NCBI GenBank assembly: GCA_009103225.1
Contig: RHPI01000732.1
Location: forward strand, 108,482 to 172,481
Length of the DNA stretch: 64,000 nt
Direction of reading: 5' to 3'
Source: Chlorokybus atmophyticus
Lineage: Eukaryota > Plantae > Mesostigma and Chlorokybus algae
The notes below the pieces were generated by a model, which saw only the letters and a program-made list of their open reading frames with translations, was not told where the DNA came from and ran no database searches. Below are positions 35,301 to 48,809 of this stretch, piece after piece; position 1 is the first letter of the stretch, and each line of letters starts with the position of its first letter. The translations under genes were made by a program, and so were the position numbers.

Positions 35301-38300
35301 TCACGGGAGTGACAACCAACTCGAGTATAAGGTACTGCTGCGCGCGTGTCGCATGCACATGCATCGCGACAAAGGACCATGTCCTACGAAGTGGCACCTA
35401 TGGATTTGAGTGCACTCTCCAACTCCTCTAGCTTGGCAGCACAGTTTGCCAAGTTGGAAATGGGCTCCCAGGAATGCTGCTCTTCACCATACCTGAGCGA
35501 CTTGATAAGATATTCATTGCGCTTGTACTTTTGGAACTGTTTGCCAACCATGGCTTCAACCTCATACTCCGGGTCGCCCTCGACCTCAACTGGAGGAGGA
35601 GGTGGGTGCACCGAGCCATCTCTCTTGTATGGCTTGAGCAATGCCTGGTGAAAAACATTGTGCACACGCAGACTCTTAGGCAAGTAAAAAAGCATGCTCA
35701 CAAATGTCTCCAATGATGGTAAACGGCCCCAGCCATCTGGGTAGCAGCTTACGTACTCTGCTCGTCTTGAGTCGCATGTTTTTCGCACAACAGAACCTGA
35801 TCTCCAACTTGGAGACCATCACCAAGCCTACGTCTCCTGTCGGCATACATTTTCTACCGACCTTGGGCTGCTCTCAGGGAGTCCTTCGCACCTGCTAATG
35901 CAGTGTGCATATGCTCTATAAAGTTTCTAGCCGTTGGCACTTTGCGGAACGGCTAAACTTCCAGAGACATGGGCGTTAATGAATAACCGCGACTGATGCC
36001 GAGCGACTCATGCCATGCATTGTTCACTGCAAACTCAGCCAGTGCTAAGTACCTGTCCTAGTCATTAAACCTGAGTGTAGTGCGGAAGCACATCTTCAAG
36101 CACATGATTGGCCCACTCCGTTTGTCCGTCACTCTGTGGGTGATAAGCAGTGCTAAGCTCTGCTCTGTTCCCAAATATTGACACATAGCTTGCCACAACC
36201 AACTGATAAACTCAGGTCTCTATATCGGATACCAACTCTTTGGGTATACCGTGTTTATTAACACCGTAATCACAAAGGCATACGCAAACTGTTGCACGTC
36301 GATGTCCAGGCGACATGGTACATGGTACATGGTGTACACCGGACCATCTTGGTCAAGTGTTCAACAAAGACAATGATGGCATTGTGCTCGTCCTTTGTCA
36401 CCGGCATCTGTAATCAAATCCGTACTTATGATTTCCCATTGTTTTAATAGCTAGCGGCTTGAGTAGGCCAGCTGGCTTTTTGTGTGAGGCCTTGTCTCTT
36501 TAACAAGTATCACAGCATTGACATACTTGGTTGCATCAGCAGCCAAGGTTGGCCACTAGTACTGCCTTTGCTGCTGCTTGATAGTCTTGCAAGAACTGGT
36601 CATTCCCATGTGATTGCTAGACACACTGTTGTGTGCTTTAAACAAACACTCTTGCCGAAGGCCGAGTGCATTTGACAGGATCAGCTTGCCCTCGCGATAC
36701 CATAACCCTTTATGGCAAGTGATCTTGTCATCTGCCTGCTTTAGCAACTCAACAAACCAATTGTCAAGTGCGTAAGCTCGCGGCAAACGCTCAATGATGT
36801 CCTCAACTTCCACAACCGCCGGTTCCTCCCCACTTGGGTTTGGAGACATCCATGGGTCACTGAAATCCATACCAATAGATGAATTGGCATTTGTGGTAGT
36901 TTAACATTGGCTGCAACTAAAATTTTCACCATTGGGTGCGTCAGTGGTAGGTAACGTCACATTAAACATTGCCACTGTGGCAATGTGACGTGGACGGCTA
37001 TTAATCTCACAAACTAATGATGAAGTGTGACTGTCCACACTGGTAAGTATTGTTCAACCCCCAGCTCGCGCACGCGTTGTCGCAGCTAATAACATGGGTG
37101 AACGATGCAATGGTCTGCTACGTTCATTCGACCTGGTCTATAGACCCAAGTACTACTTTAGTAAAGTTAAAATATAACAGAAACTCAGACCCACCTTGCT
37201 TGTCTCCTCGACAGGGTTGGTTGGGTCTGAAAGAAAACAAGAGGGGTGCGATCTGTGATAACTGTGAACCCGCCTTCCAGCCCCTCTAGATAGCAAAGCC
37301 ACTCTAGCAGCGCATGAACCACACCCAACAACTCTTGCTCAGTTGTGATGTAGTTTCTCTTGGCTTGAGAGAACTTTTGGCTTACATAAGCAAGTGGGTG
37401 ATTATCCTGGAGCAACACAGCTTCAGTGCCATCCAAAGATGCATCGCTGATTACCTCAAAAGGCTTTGTCAAGTCCGATAGTTGCAATACGGGAGCTGTC
37501 ACCAAGGCCTCCTTGATGGTGTCAAAGGCCTGTTGCTGCCTTTGCGTCCAACGTCACATGACCTTGTCACGCAACAGATCAGCTGGTGGAGCCACCGCGA
37601 TGAGTAACCAAGGATGTATTTTGAAAGTAGTTGCTTTGAATTAAGAATGCGCGGAACTCATGCACATTTCGAGGGCTTGGCCATTCTTTGACCTTAGCAA
37701 CTTTCTTGAGGTTTGGGCGCACGCCGTCCTTACTCACAATGTGACCCAAGAACTCTAGGTCGGTCTTGCCAAATTCACATTTCGGCATGTATGCAAAGAA
37801 TTGGTTTTGCACGCATTGTTTCCAACACCTCGCGCACATGCGCAGCGTGTGACCGCGCATCCTTGCTGAATACCAATGTGACGGTGCTCGTGCCTTGTCA
37901 CATGTGAGTTCGTCTAATCAACAACCCTCTCACCAAGGCACGGTATTCACACCGGAACCTTGCCCCCTCTGCCAAGCACACACGCGCGCCCCGCCACTCG
38001 CATACGCACGCACACGCGCTCGAAGCTACACACCGACTTGTGTAGCGCCTTGGATCGTCACACAAGTAAGCACACACTAGTGGACACACGCTAGCAACCC
38101 CTGCTAACCACTACCAGGTTTGCACACAAGACTCTACGGAGCTAATGGTTGTATTGCACATTGTAGAATGTCTGTCACGGTGATAACCCTCGACACGCAT
38201 CTCCCTCTCGCAGCCTACCGCGCATCAGGGTTGGTTCACTAACATCTCGTTCAACCGACCCAGATTTAACTAGTAGGCCTCAGCCCCGCCAATCAGGGCG

Positions 38301-39195
38301 CAACCCCTTCATGTCAACGGGCCGCGTGGCAGCCGATTGCCAGCATCGGCCTCCACCAATTGGAATGCAGTCCCTATGGCGGCGGGCCTCATTAACAGCA
38401 GACTTAGGCAACTCCCGCCGGAAGCGTCGGCATTGAGTTGCAAGTAGACGGACTGGAGCGGAAGCGGCGGTGGCACTGCCCGATACTGACCAGTGGCCCA
38501 CCTTGGAGTCGATGAGCACCCGAGGCTCAGTGAAGCAGATCCTCGTATTACTGTTAGTTCACCAAAAGCTGTTTGTGTGTTGTTAAGCATACCAATTACC
38601 CTGACAAACCGTGTTCTTGCCGTACTTGCCTTGCCCGTACACCTGTAAGTGTACACTCTTGCTCCCATGCTGGTGGCCATCGCATCTGCTACCTGCACAC
38701 TGCATCACTCTTACACTGCCGCAATGCTTGCACACACCTCACTCACTGTTCGATTGTGATTGTGCTTGCTTGCCTTTGCGCACTCGGTGATTGCAGTTTG
38801 TAATCACGTCTTACTTAGCTATAACATCTTATACACATACATTGCGTGACAAGCTGTGTGCATTTCCCAAGCATCCTTGTCCACGAGCTTGTTGACTCGC
38901 AACTCAATCCACAGCGCCGAGTCATCGCTTTCGTCGTGTGTACTCGCATTGGCCTTGCTTGCGCTCTCTGCGTGCGGTGTGCATGCCTTACATGAGTCAA
39001 GCACTCAGCTGGGGAGCACGTAGAGCAAGGTTATTCAGAGGCTTGAGGCGGGTCGAGTCGGCTATATCACTAGCGGACGCCACCCCGGATTCTCCCTCTC
39101 CAGCAGCTGACAAAGTAGGCCTCGTCAACCCACTTACGGCCGCAAGTTACTGTCTCCCCTCCCTCTTCAATCTCAGTTCTGACAGCGAAGAAGAC

Positions 39196-40750
39196 ATGGC
39201 TGCCACAGATGGCAACCGCAACCATGGAGGGAGAAGTAGTGGCAACATGAAGCTTGTCTTCACTGGAGCAGCGAACTCCATCTCTCTGATGGAATGGATC
39301 AACCGTTTCAACTCCATTATCCTCTCCGTGAAGATTCGAGCCAACAACAGCTGGGACGACCACCAGAAGTTCCGCCTTGCTGCTGATTACCTGGATGACG
39401 TCGCTGCGGCCGTGTGGCATGAAGTCGCCACCGCACACGACGTTCTCGAAGATGAGAGGCTCCTCCGCTCCAGCTCTGGCCTTGGTCCGACCATTTCAGT
39501 CGCGGAAAGGTTGGGCGCCCCTCGCGCGTTGATTGTGGCGCCCAGAGTGGCCTCACGCCCTCTACGAGAAACCACGCCTGCCCCAACCGAGGTCACCGAC
39601 ACCGGGAGCAGCGCATCAGGTACTACCATTGCCGTAACCACGCCTTTTGTGGCACCCACTATGCTGGACGGTGAGACCCCAACAAACTACATCACCAGGT
39701 GCCAAGCAGGCAGTACGGCCTTCGCCCTGGCGTTGACCACATCAGTCAACACTTCTGCTCTTTCAGCGTCCCGTCAACCACCGGTTGTTGAGGACATGTT
39801 GGAGACAGCGCCATCGCTGACACCCTGGGAAGACTTTATCACGCGTCTTAACCATCGCTTTCCTTGCTTACACCGCAAAGAAGGCTCAGGAGCTCATTCG
39901 TCTCAGGCGGAGGACCCGAGAAACTTGTGTTCAATTCTACGAGCGCGTCATCAGGCTGGTAGACGAGACCACCTTGGGCGGCATGCCGCTGCTCAATGTT
40001 CAGCATGTGGCTATTATGTACGTGGAAAATCTCGAAGAAAATCTCCGCCGGCACGTGAAGACTGCCCTGGCCGGCACGCCCGGCTACTCGCTGTGGCAGG
40101 CTTACACGAGCGCGGTATATCGGCAAGAGGAGATGGTACAGAAGCTGGCTGCTCTGGAGATCAGCGGTTTGGCACGCCAAAGCAGCAGCACCACCCCTGC
40201 TCCGACTTTCGCACCACCCAAGCACACGCGCGTAGCCCACGCCGTCGTGCGCGTCGAAGACAATCCCCACCTGACCTGCCACAGGTGCGGCAAGGAAGGA
40301 CACATCATGAGAGAATGCCCTATGCCACGCAATGATGTTCACTGCAACCATTGCGGCATGAAGGGACACCTCGAGGTAGTTTGTTACACGTTGCACCCGG
40401 CACTCCGGGAAGCCCTGAAGAGGAGCCTCTCCCCATCTGGCAGCAACAACCACAACTACACCAACAAAACCAGTTACAACAACCACAAGGGGAAGGAGAA
40501 AGCTGGCCATGGCAGCAACAGCAAGCAGAAAAGCAAAGCCGTCAAGGTAACCTCCGTCATCAGAGGCGCACCCGACCTGCCGGGCGAGAGGGACGACCTC
40601 CTCGCTCAGATTGAGGACCTTCGCAGCCGTCGAGACGAGCTGGAGGATCTCCTCAACTGTGCAAACCTAACTGCATGCTCCGCGCAGTTACGAAGGTTCG
40701 TGGGTACCACCACTCGCTCGGGCCGTATGGCAACCCCGAGGCGTGATTGA
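39196..40750 (+). pseudogene. gag: Gag-like ORF of the DNMT-gypsy (frameshifted), two CCHC knuckles
   Basis: FTGAANSISLMEWINRF..WDDHQKFRLAADYLDDVAAAVW; CHRCGKEGHIMREC and CNHCGMKGHLEVVC. Frame change near 39870. Confidence 0.75.
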
Positions 40751-43700
40751 TCCAGATCCTCGCCTGCAAGGCGTCCGCGGGTGGAGGTCACAGAGGCACC
40801 CCCGGTTATCGACCCAACGGCACATGCACAACCAACGTTGGCAGACCTGCTTCGGCCTGGCGTGGAAGGCAACGCTTAACGCTGGGGACTCATGCAGTCT
40901 CGCTTGCAAGCGCTTGCCAGATCCTACAGGTTGCCCTCCGGACGCGTGCAACAACAATCATGGGAATTACCCTAGGAAGATGGACACTTGGCCAGCCGCA
41001 CCCTTGCGTTCGCCACAGAGTTGGTACGGGCCTACTTCAGGACCCCTTTTGGACCAAGCGAGGAGGCGACACAGCTGGCTTGGATCAGCGAGCACCTTAC
41101 GCTTCTTATTCCGGAAGTGGTGCCCGCGCCACCGAACCCAACGGACACAACAAGGGAGCAACCGTTGCGCGACCGCCTGGAACAGCTGCCCAACCACCTG
41201 CCTCCCTTCACCTTGGCTAGCGCCCTTTACAGGATGCTCAGCTTGGCTGACAACACTGAAGCTGGACAGCGGACGAGGGATGAAATGAACTGGTCGCGGC
41301 GATTTGCCCAGCATCGTCTGGCTTTGGCCCACCTGGCCACCAGGTGGCCACGCACCTCTCCGTTTCTTCAGCCGCTGCGGCCACCCCACCTCAGCACTAG
41401 ATACCTCCCTCACCCAGGAGGAGAGACCGCTACGAGGATCTACGCACAACCCTGCTGTTGGAACATCACCAGGTTGCAACGGGCGGACCTGTTCCTACAG
41501 TCGCAACATGGGAGCAGGGGTTTCGAGCCCGGCTGCGATACGAACTCTAGGAGGCACTATGGCCGCGCGTATGGCCATCTTTAGAGAACGTGGAGCGATG
41601 GCACTCCAAACACTAGAGGCCACCCAGCGTGACCCATTCTTGGCAGATGTCATGGATCTCGTGCAGCGCGCGGAGGATTTGGCAGGATTGGACTACCGGG
41701 TCACCGCCAGGGTGCAAGAAATGGCGCAGCAAGTTTACCTCGTCCCCGACAACGCCCAACTCACTGCACACCTGCAGCAACGGCTACGCACTCTTGGGGA
41801 TGCCGAGGATCGCATCATCCGAGATGTGCTTGAAATCATCTATGTCCGGTTGGACAGGAACCACGAACCCCGGGGGCGCCTCCACGGTCTAGCGCAACGA
41901 TGGCTCATCACCCTGGCCAACCGCGGCACAATGGCCTACGACCTCATGGATGGTCAGCCCCTGGCTCTTCAACCACGCATGGACTTCACAACCTTACTGG
42001 TGGAAGAAGACCCCCAGCCTAGCGCACAAGCACGAGCAGTTGCACACCGCCCGGAATCGCTGCTTTCACCATCGCCACCTCGGCATACACCAGCAGTCGC
42101 CAACCTCCCTCCACCTGCAGACGCCACGCTACTTCAGCAGGTAGTTGGTGACATGCCCACCAATGCCGCCGAGCTCGGTGCGTACGCTCAACAGATGTAT
42201 CACCTGGCTAACTTGTGGCATGCCGTCCACAATGGTGAAGTAACCCCGCTACGCTACGTACGTGAGCGCGCCCGATCACGCGCTTGCATCCGGCTTCACC
42301 TCCTTTCGCAGCTACAGGACGGTACACCCGAACCTTTCCCTGGTGAAACGTCATAGTTGGCGGTGCCAGAACCTGGCTTCGCACCGGAGGCCGCACCTCA
42401 ACCGGGTCCTCAGCTGGCTACGCATGTGTACATTGTGGATGCCGCACGCCGTCGTCAAACCAACATGCCGTACCTGCCCACCGGAGGCCCGGTCACCCCT
42501 CAAGAAGAAGATTTCCATGAAGCTCTCTTGTTGGCATCCCGTGGTGCACATTGCAGGCAATAGGGCGATACCGCCACAGCCAACCCGGCTGCAGCACAAC
42601 TGCGTAGACACAGCAAGAGCGTCGCATTCAGCGAAACTCTGGCTGTTCCGTAAAACCCAGTTGCTCCAAGGCGCTACTCCCCGCAACTCGGAGGAGCGCA
42701 CACAGCAAGATACCTTGCTTGACACGCTCACACCTCGTATGGGGTACCCAGGCCGAGGGTCAAGCAACCCCAGCCCACACCGTCTCGATCAGGAAAGGCG
42801 TTCACGACAACTCCCACCTGCCTCCAGGCCTCGACCATTTGGAGTACTACTCCAGTGCAAGATGACCAGCTCCTCATGGAAGTTCGATCCCGTCTGCAAA
42901 AACTTCAGGGGCAGCTAGCTAATCTAGCAGGACCCTGGAATGACCTGGCCACTAGGCCGGAGCATCCCCGACAACGACCTGAGGAACCTCATGCTGTGGC
43001 TGGCCAACCGCAGTCACTCGATAGCCCCTCGGCTGTTCGTTAGCCCCGAAGCATGGATTGAAGACCTCGTCACTGTCCGGATGCCGCGCTTACTTACCCG
43101 AGCTGTGCATTACTGGGAGTCTCTGCCTCCCACCATGACAGCCTACCAGCGAACTACCGCCATCGAGCAACACCTCTTCAACGAATTCAGGCCGTTCCAT
43201 TGGGAGAACCAGTGCGATGATCAGCAACTTCACCATGCCACGCAGCACCACGTGGATGATGAAGAAACCAAGGACTTTCATCAACTGGTGGAAGGCCAGC
43301 TTTTTGAGGGTACGGGGGCACTAGCAGATACGCTGCACGACAGCGTGTACCCCAACCCCCTAACCGACGCGGAGACAGCTCTCATGATCGCTTATGTCAG
43401 GTTACTGCCCATCTTGCCAATCACCACGTACGGGGACCGTCGCAGTCGCAGGCACCACTAGGAGCGTGCCATCACTGCGGAAGCGCTTCAACTAGCCCTG
43501 AAAGCTGCTGCCCGGTACCTTTCACCTGCCGAAACGCCTAATCCCAGTCAGCCCAACACCTCCAAATTTCTCAGAGACTAGGTGGTGGCGAGCGTGGTAC
43601 TGTTCCCCATCAGAGCAGCATTCAACACGTGGACCGAGTATGCCATCTTTCAGCCGCGTTGGCGCCAAGGCAATGGCACCCCCGCTGCCATCCCACTGCA

Positions 43701-44212
43701 CTTGCGCACATCATACCACTATCCCCTTACACCCAGCCCTGTCCCTAACACAACCACTCCAAAGCGTCATCACCCACCTGCTCCCGCAGCGAATTTTCGC
43801 ACGCCTTGAAGTCACGCGTTGCCGCTCAAGCCGTTGGCCAGTGCTGCCTGTAGGAGGAAGAAGGGGGGCGTGGGGAGGAGACAGGTAGGGTAGATAGTGA
43901 TTTTGCGTGCGGGTCATGGCATCCGCGCGCTCGCCCTCAAGGGAGGGTGTGCATTCTAGCGCAGGAGGAGTTGCGACTGCTGCGCATTCAACGAGCAACC
44001 CACGTATTGGAGCACGTGGTAAAATATTCCCTCCACCCGCTGACAGTCCTTGCGAAATTGCCAAGCAGGACCCCAACATCCGCCGGCAATACGCACATAC
44101 AGTGGCGGCGCGCGTGGCAACCACGTCGCTCACACTGCCACCAAACGCCAACGATCCTCTTCGCACGCTTGACTTGTCCACCATTCACCTGTCACCACGT
44201 CATCGCCACCAA

Positions 44213-45150
44213 GGCCTCACTGTTTAGGAGCTTGTTGGCGGCGTTGGCAGCGGCTTGGCAGCCATTTGAAATGTCGGCTTACCAATCAGCAAGTATTTCT
44301 ATTGTGACCCCAGCCCTCAAGAACAGACAGCGGTGCCACACCACCTGGCACAGCTGCGCAAACAATACCCGCACATGGAATCATCCGCAGCGGCCGGCAG
44401 TCTGCAAGCGTTGCCTCAAGACATTCGCCTCGTCACAGGTGACCACCTGAAAGCATTAGGTGGTGTCGACATCATTGTTTCTGGATGGGAGAATGTCAAG
44501 GTCATTCTCGCGCTGGCAAGGGCCTAGGCCTTCAAGACCCACGGTCTCAGCTGTTCAAAGTTGGTTCGCATTATCCGCACCCTCCAGCAACAGCAACCTG
44601 CCAGGCCGCCCGCATACATTTGGGAAAATGTATGCTCCAAGGATAACCATCGCGCCAATGTTCGCTTCGACTACAAACGCGTTTGTACCGTCCTCGGTGA
44701 GCCAGTGGTCGTTGACGCAGCGGCTCACGGCTCTCGTGCACATCGCTTACGCAGCAAGTGGACCAACCTCGCCAAAACACAAGACCTGGTTGCTGTGCAG
44801 TCATTGTACGTACGCCTTCAGGCCTTGTGGCCGACATCTTGGTGCCCGCAGCACCCCGCAGCCAGTGACCAAGCCAGACCACACATGCTTCCACCAAAGC
44901 AACCAGGTGGGCTAGCCTATGGCTGCCTTGCCCATGTTTGTGGCTTCTCCTGGCTCCCACTCCTTTCGCAATGGCAACATCGGTATGGTCTAGGATGCCA
45001 ATCTACATTGTGTACGCGCACCACTTGCCACCAAACGCGATTTAGCCATGGGCTTCCGTCCCGGCGCCATCACGCAGGCACCCAAGCTAGCGGAACGCGA
45101 CTGTCGCGCCCTCTTTTGCCGCGCCATCAGAACAGCATGGTTTGGCTACT
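44213..45150 (+). pseudogene. Retrotransposon-encoded C5 cytosine DNA methyltransferase domain (stops and frameshifts)
   Basis: Motif I GLTV*ELVGGVGSGLAAI*NVG..YFYCD (44213-44308). LPQDI..VDIIVSGW/ECQGHSRAGKGLGLQDPRS (motif IV-V, 44465-44547). YIWENV (motif VI, 44615-32). DAAAHGSRAHRLRSKWTNL (motif VIII). AMGFRPG..RALFCRAI (IX/X, ~45045-45130). Confidence 0.88.
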
Positions 45151-45379
45151 GGAGACATGCTTGGCCCTGCAGAACAGCTACTGGCCAGTACTCAGCCCCG
45201 GACTATACGCTGGGGGGGGAGAGTGCATTGAAACCACGGACCCATCATTCGTCTCCATGGCGGTCCACAGCGCCGAACTTGAGGTTCTTGAGGAAGCATT
45301 GTACATCCCTCACACGGATGAGCCCGAGCAGGAAGGATGGAGAATTGGCTGTATGGCCTCTGGCAACATCGAGGATCAG

Positions 45380-48000
45380 TTGAAAACCCTCTTGGAAGAT
45401 CACAAGTCGCAGTTCGCACACTCCCTCAAGGACTTGGGCAAGTGTAACTTCTACGACTTCAACATAGAGCTGGACACCACCAGCCCTATCTTCAGCAAGC
45501 AGCACCCTTTGGCCAAAGTGGAAACCGAACTTATCGGGACCAACTGCAAGAAGCTGCTGGACGCCGGCCTCATCGATAAAGCAGCCCCCAGCACTCGATA
45601 CGCTGCGGCCACCGTCATGCCACTGAAAAAGGACGAGCACGGGCAATGGACACACTGCCGTATGTGAGGAGATTACCGCAACCTCAACACCCACACGGTG
45701 CTTGACCGCTACCGTATGTACACGCCTAACGAAATTTTCGATAGCGTTGGAACTTGCAGGTACTTTTTAGTCCTCGACATGCGCACTGGTTTCCACCAGA
45801 TCGGCATCCAGGATGACCACAACTGCAAGACCGCCTTCTGGGGCAACCGGACCCTCTATCAGTGGAAGGTTATGCCGTTCGGGCTGAAGAACGCACCAGC
45901 TGTCTTTCAATGCGTTATGGACCGCACCCTACGCGGGCTGGACAACTCCAGGTGCTACATTGATGACATTCTCATCTTTGGCCACACTGCAGAGTCCCAC
46001 CTACAGCACATCAAGGAGGTGTTGGAGCGGCTGAAGGAACACAACCTCACGGCCCACCCGGAGAAATGCACCTTCTTCGCCGACAAGATCCCTTACCTCG
46101 GCCACCTCATTGTCCCTAACGGTGTTATGGTGCAGCGGCAAAAGTGGACGCATTACTGGAGGTGCCACCTCCTACCGAAATCTCGCGGCTACGCTTTCCT
46201 TGGCCTGGCCAACTACTATTGTAGGTTCGTGCTGAACTTCTCGAGGATAGCCAAGCCCCTCAACGACCAGCTAAAGAAGGCAATCACTTGGCACTGGGGC
46301 GAAGCTGAGCAGCAGGCGTTTGAGGCACTCAAGAGCCATCTTCAGTCCGCACCCATACTGGCACGCCCCGACTACAGCAAGCCATTCATCCTCCACACCG
46401 ATTGGAGTCGACTTGGGCTAGAGCTGTGCTATGTCAGAAGAATGACAAGGGCAAGGAACAAGTTATTGCTTACGCCAGTCGGAGCAATAACGCTGCTGAA
46501 GCCAACTATAGCAGCTACAAAGGGGAGCAGCTTGCAGCGGTCTGGGCCATTCAGTTCTTCCGGCCATTCCTCTTTGGTTACCAGTTCGAACTGGTAATGG
46601 ACAATCAACCTCTTCAGTGGCTCCTCACCAGCAACAAGTTGACTGGTAAGCACGCCCGTCGGGCCTGCAAGAATATGATTTCACCATCACGCACAAGCCT
46701 GGCATCATCAACACCGATGTCGACGGCTTGAGTCGCAACCCCAACCCCGACACTGTGGACATCACCGGCACCCGATACGACGGTGACACTCCTCACCAGC
46801 ATTCCATGCTGATTGTGGCAGCTGGTATACGCGCAGAAGCACGCAACCCCGTGCTCCGTGCCACCATACCTCCTGCATCTGAGGGAGACATCTGTACCGA
46901 TGCCCCTACTTTGCAGCTGGTAAAGACAGGGACCTTACCCGGTGGGCTCGACCACAAGGAAGTCGATCGTGCACAGCATCGGGCCAAAAACTACACCTGG
47001 AGTAACGACACCCTTTTGCGCATTATGAACGACGGTCAGCGCAAGGAGGTATCCCAGCCTCATCGACGAGCATCCATCATCGCCAACCTCCACCACCAGC
47101 TAGGCCACTTTGAAATGAAGCGCACGGCCAACATGGTGCGCAGCGATTACTGGTGGGACGGGCTCACACGCAACGTCGCTGACGTGCTCTGGCAATGCAA
47201 CTCCTGTGACCGTATCCGTGCCAGCTTCTCGCATCGCCATCCCCAGCTTCACCCGCTGCCCATCACGGGCCTTGGTTATCGTTGGAGCATGGACTTGGCA
47301 GGCGAGTTGCGCGTCACCCGCCGTGGTAACGTATACATCCTCGTCGCCATTGAGCACTTTAGCAAGTGGGTCGAACTCATCCCCTTGCCCAACAAGTCGG
47401 CCGCAACCGTGACGCAGGTCTTCCTTGATCACATACTCAGCAGGTTCGGCGCCTGTGCCGAACTCCTCACCGACCAGGGTACTGAATTCCAGGGAGAAAT
47501 CGACGTTCTCCTCAATTGCTCGCTAATCGATCACCGCCGCACCAGCCGCGATCACCCTCAAGATGACGGGCTTGTAGGACGAATGGTACAGACAGTCAAG
47601 CAGGCACTCCGGCGCTATTATGTCACCCATCCGCAGGATGAGTGGGACGAATCCTTGCCTTGGCTTGCCCTCGGCTACGGTTGCACCCGGCAGGCGGCAC
47701 TACGCTCCTTTAACCCGTACTTCCTCATGTACGGCCGGGAGCCGTAGCTCCCTTTTCGCGTCCACCATGCCACAGAAGCAGTTGAGGACATCATCAACAA
47801 ACCCACCCACATGATGGAGGTGCTGACAGCCCGCGCCAACCTGCTCGGAGCTGCGGTACCTCTGCCCTGGCCAACCTCAAGGCCGAGCAGCGTGGGGATA
47901 AGCGCCGATACGAAAACGTGCGCAGCGGCAGCTACGTGCCTCAAACCCGCAAATTCCACCGGGGAGACTACGTCCACCGCAAGAAGCAACCACCAACACC
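45380..48000 (+). pseudogene. pol: RT, RNase H and integrase of the DNMT-gypsy (decayed)
   Basis: CRM*GDYRNLN, LDMRTGFHQI, MPFGLKNAP, CYIDDILIFG; LHTDWS, YASRSNNAAEANYSSYKGE; LHHQLGH..CNSC, MDLAGEL, IEHFSKW, TDQGTEF. Confidence 0.92.
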
Positions 48001-48174
48001 CGGGACCCAACCAGCTACGGCATGGTTTACAAGGTGGTTCAGGTGCGCGCTCAAGGCACTCTGTCACTGCGCGATCCCTCAGGCACCCTCATGACCGACC
48101 GCGTAGAGAACTGCTTCCCCTGTCTCCCGTACGTTGAAGGGCTGGGCAAACCTCGCCTGCGGGTTCGCATTCTG

Positions 48175-48335
48175 AAATGCACTGGGTGCGCCTCCTCCGT
48201 TCCGCTGTTTAAGGAGTGCAACTCTTGCTGAGAATACTGGCACTCAGCGTGCAGCCTAGGTGTCACACCTGCTGTGGCCGACCCCAACAATGCCACCACC
48301 TCCGCGCAGCTGCCATGGCACTGCCACCGGTGCCA
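48175..48335 (+). pseudogene. PHD finger (C4HC3) after integrase, one in-frame stop
   Basis: CTGC-x9-CNSC-*EYW-HSAC-x18-WHCHRC read in a single frame through TGA at 48229-31. Confidence 0.8.
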
Positions 48336-48376
48336 GGCTCATCGCGAGGGTGCCGATGACCAGGCAAGGGGGGGGG

Positions 48377-48809
48377 CTTACATGAGTCAAGCACTCAGCT
48401 GGGGAGCACGTAGAGCAAGGTTATTCAGAGGCTTGAGGCGGGTCGAGTCGGCTATATCACTAGCGGACGCCACCCCGGATTCTCCCTCTCCAGCAGCTGA
48501 CAAAGTAGGCCTCGTCAACCCACTTACGGCCGCAAGTTACTGTCTCCCCTCCCTCTTCAATCTCAGTTCTGACAGCGAAGAAGACATGGCTGCCACAGAT
48601 GGCAACCGCAACCATGGAGGGAGAAGTAGTGGCAACATGAAGCTTGTCTTCACTGGAGCAGCGAACTCCATCTCTCTGATGGAATGGATCAACCGTTTCA
48701 ACTCCATTATCCTCTCCGTGAAGATTCGAGCCAACAACAGCTGGGACGACCACCAGAAGTTCCGCCTTGCTGCTGATTACCTGGATGACGTCGCTGCGGC
48801 CGTGTGGCA
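48377..48809 (+). repeat. 433-bp apparently exact duplicate of 38987-39419 (leader plus gag start), ending at a single N
   Basis: Base-by-base identity by eye; the match stops at N48810. Confidence 0.95.

Noticed and set aside
37860-37876. TGGTATTCAGC next to the solo LTR looked like a PBS on the minus strand
   Set aside because: It is gypsy B RT coding sequence (LVFSKD), and its first bases are the ACCAA TSD, so the LTR is solo.
44200-48300. Stops caused by RIP-like or CpG-specific mutation
   Set aside because: Most stops (likely TTG>TAG, TGY>TGA) are not C>T transitions; only one fits CGA>TGA. The sample is too small to support a pattern.
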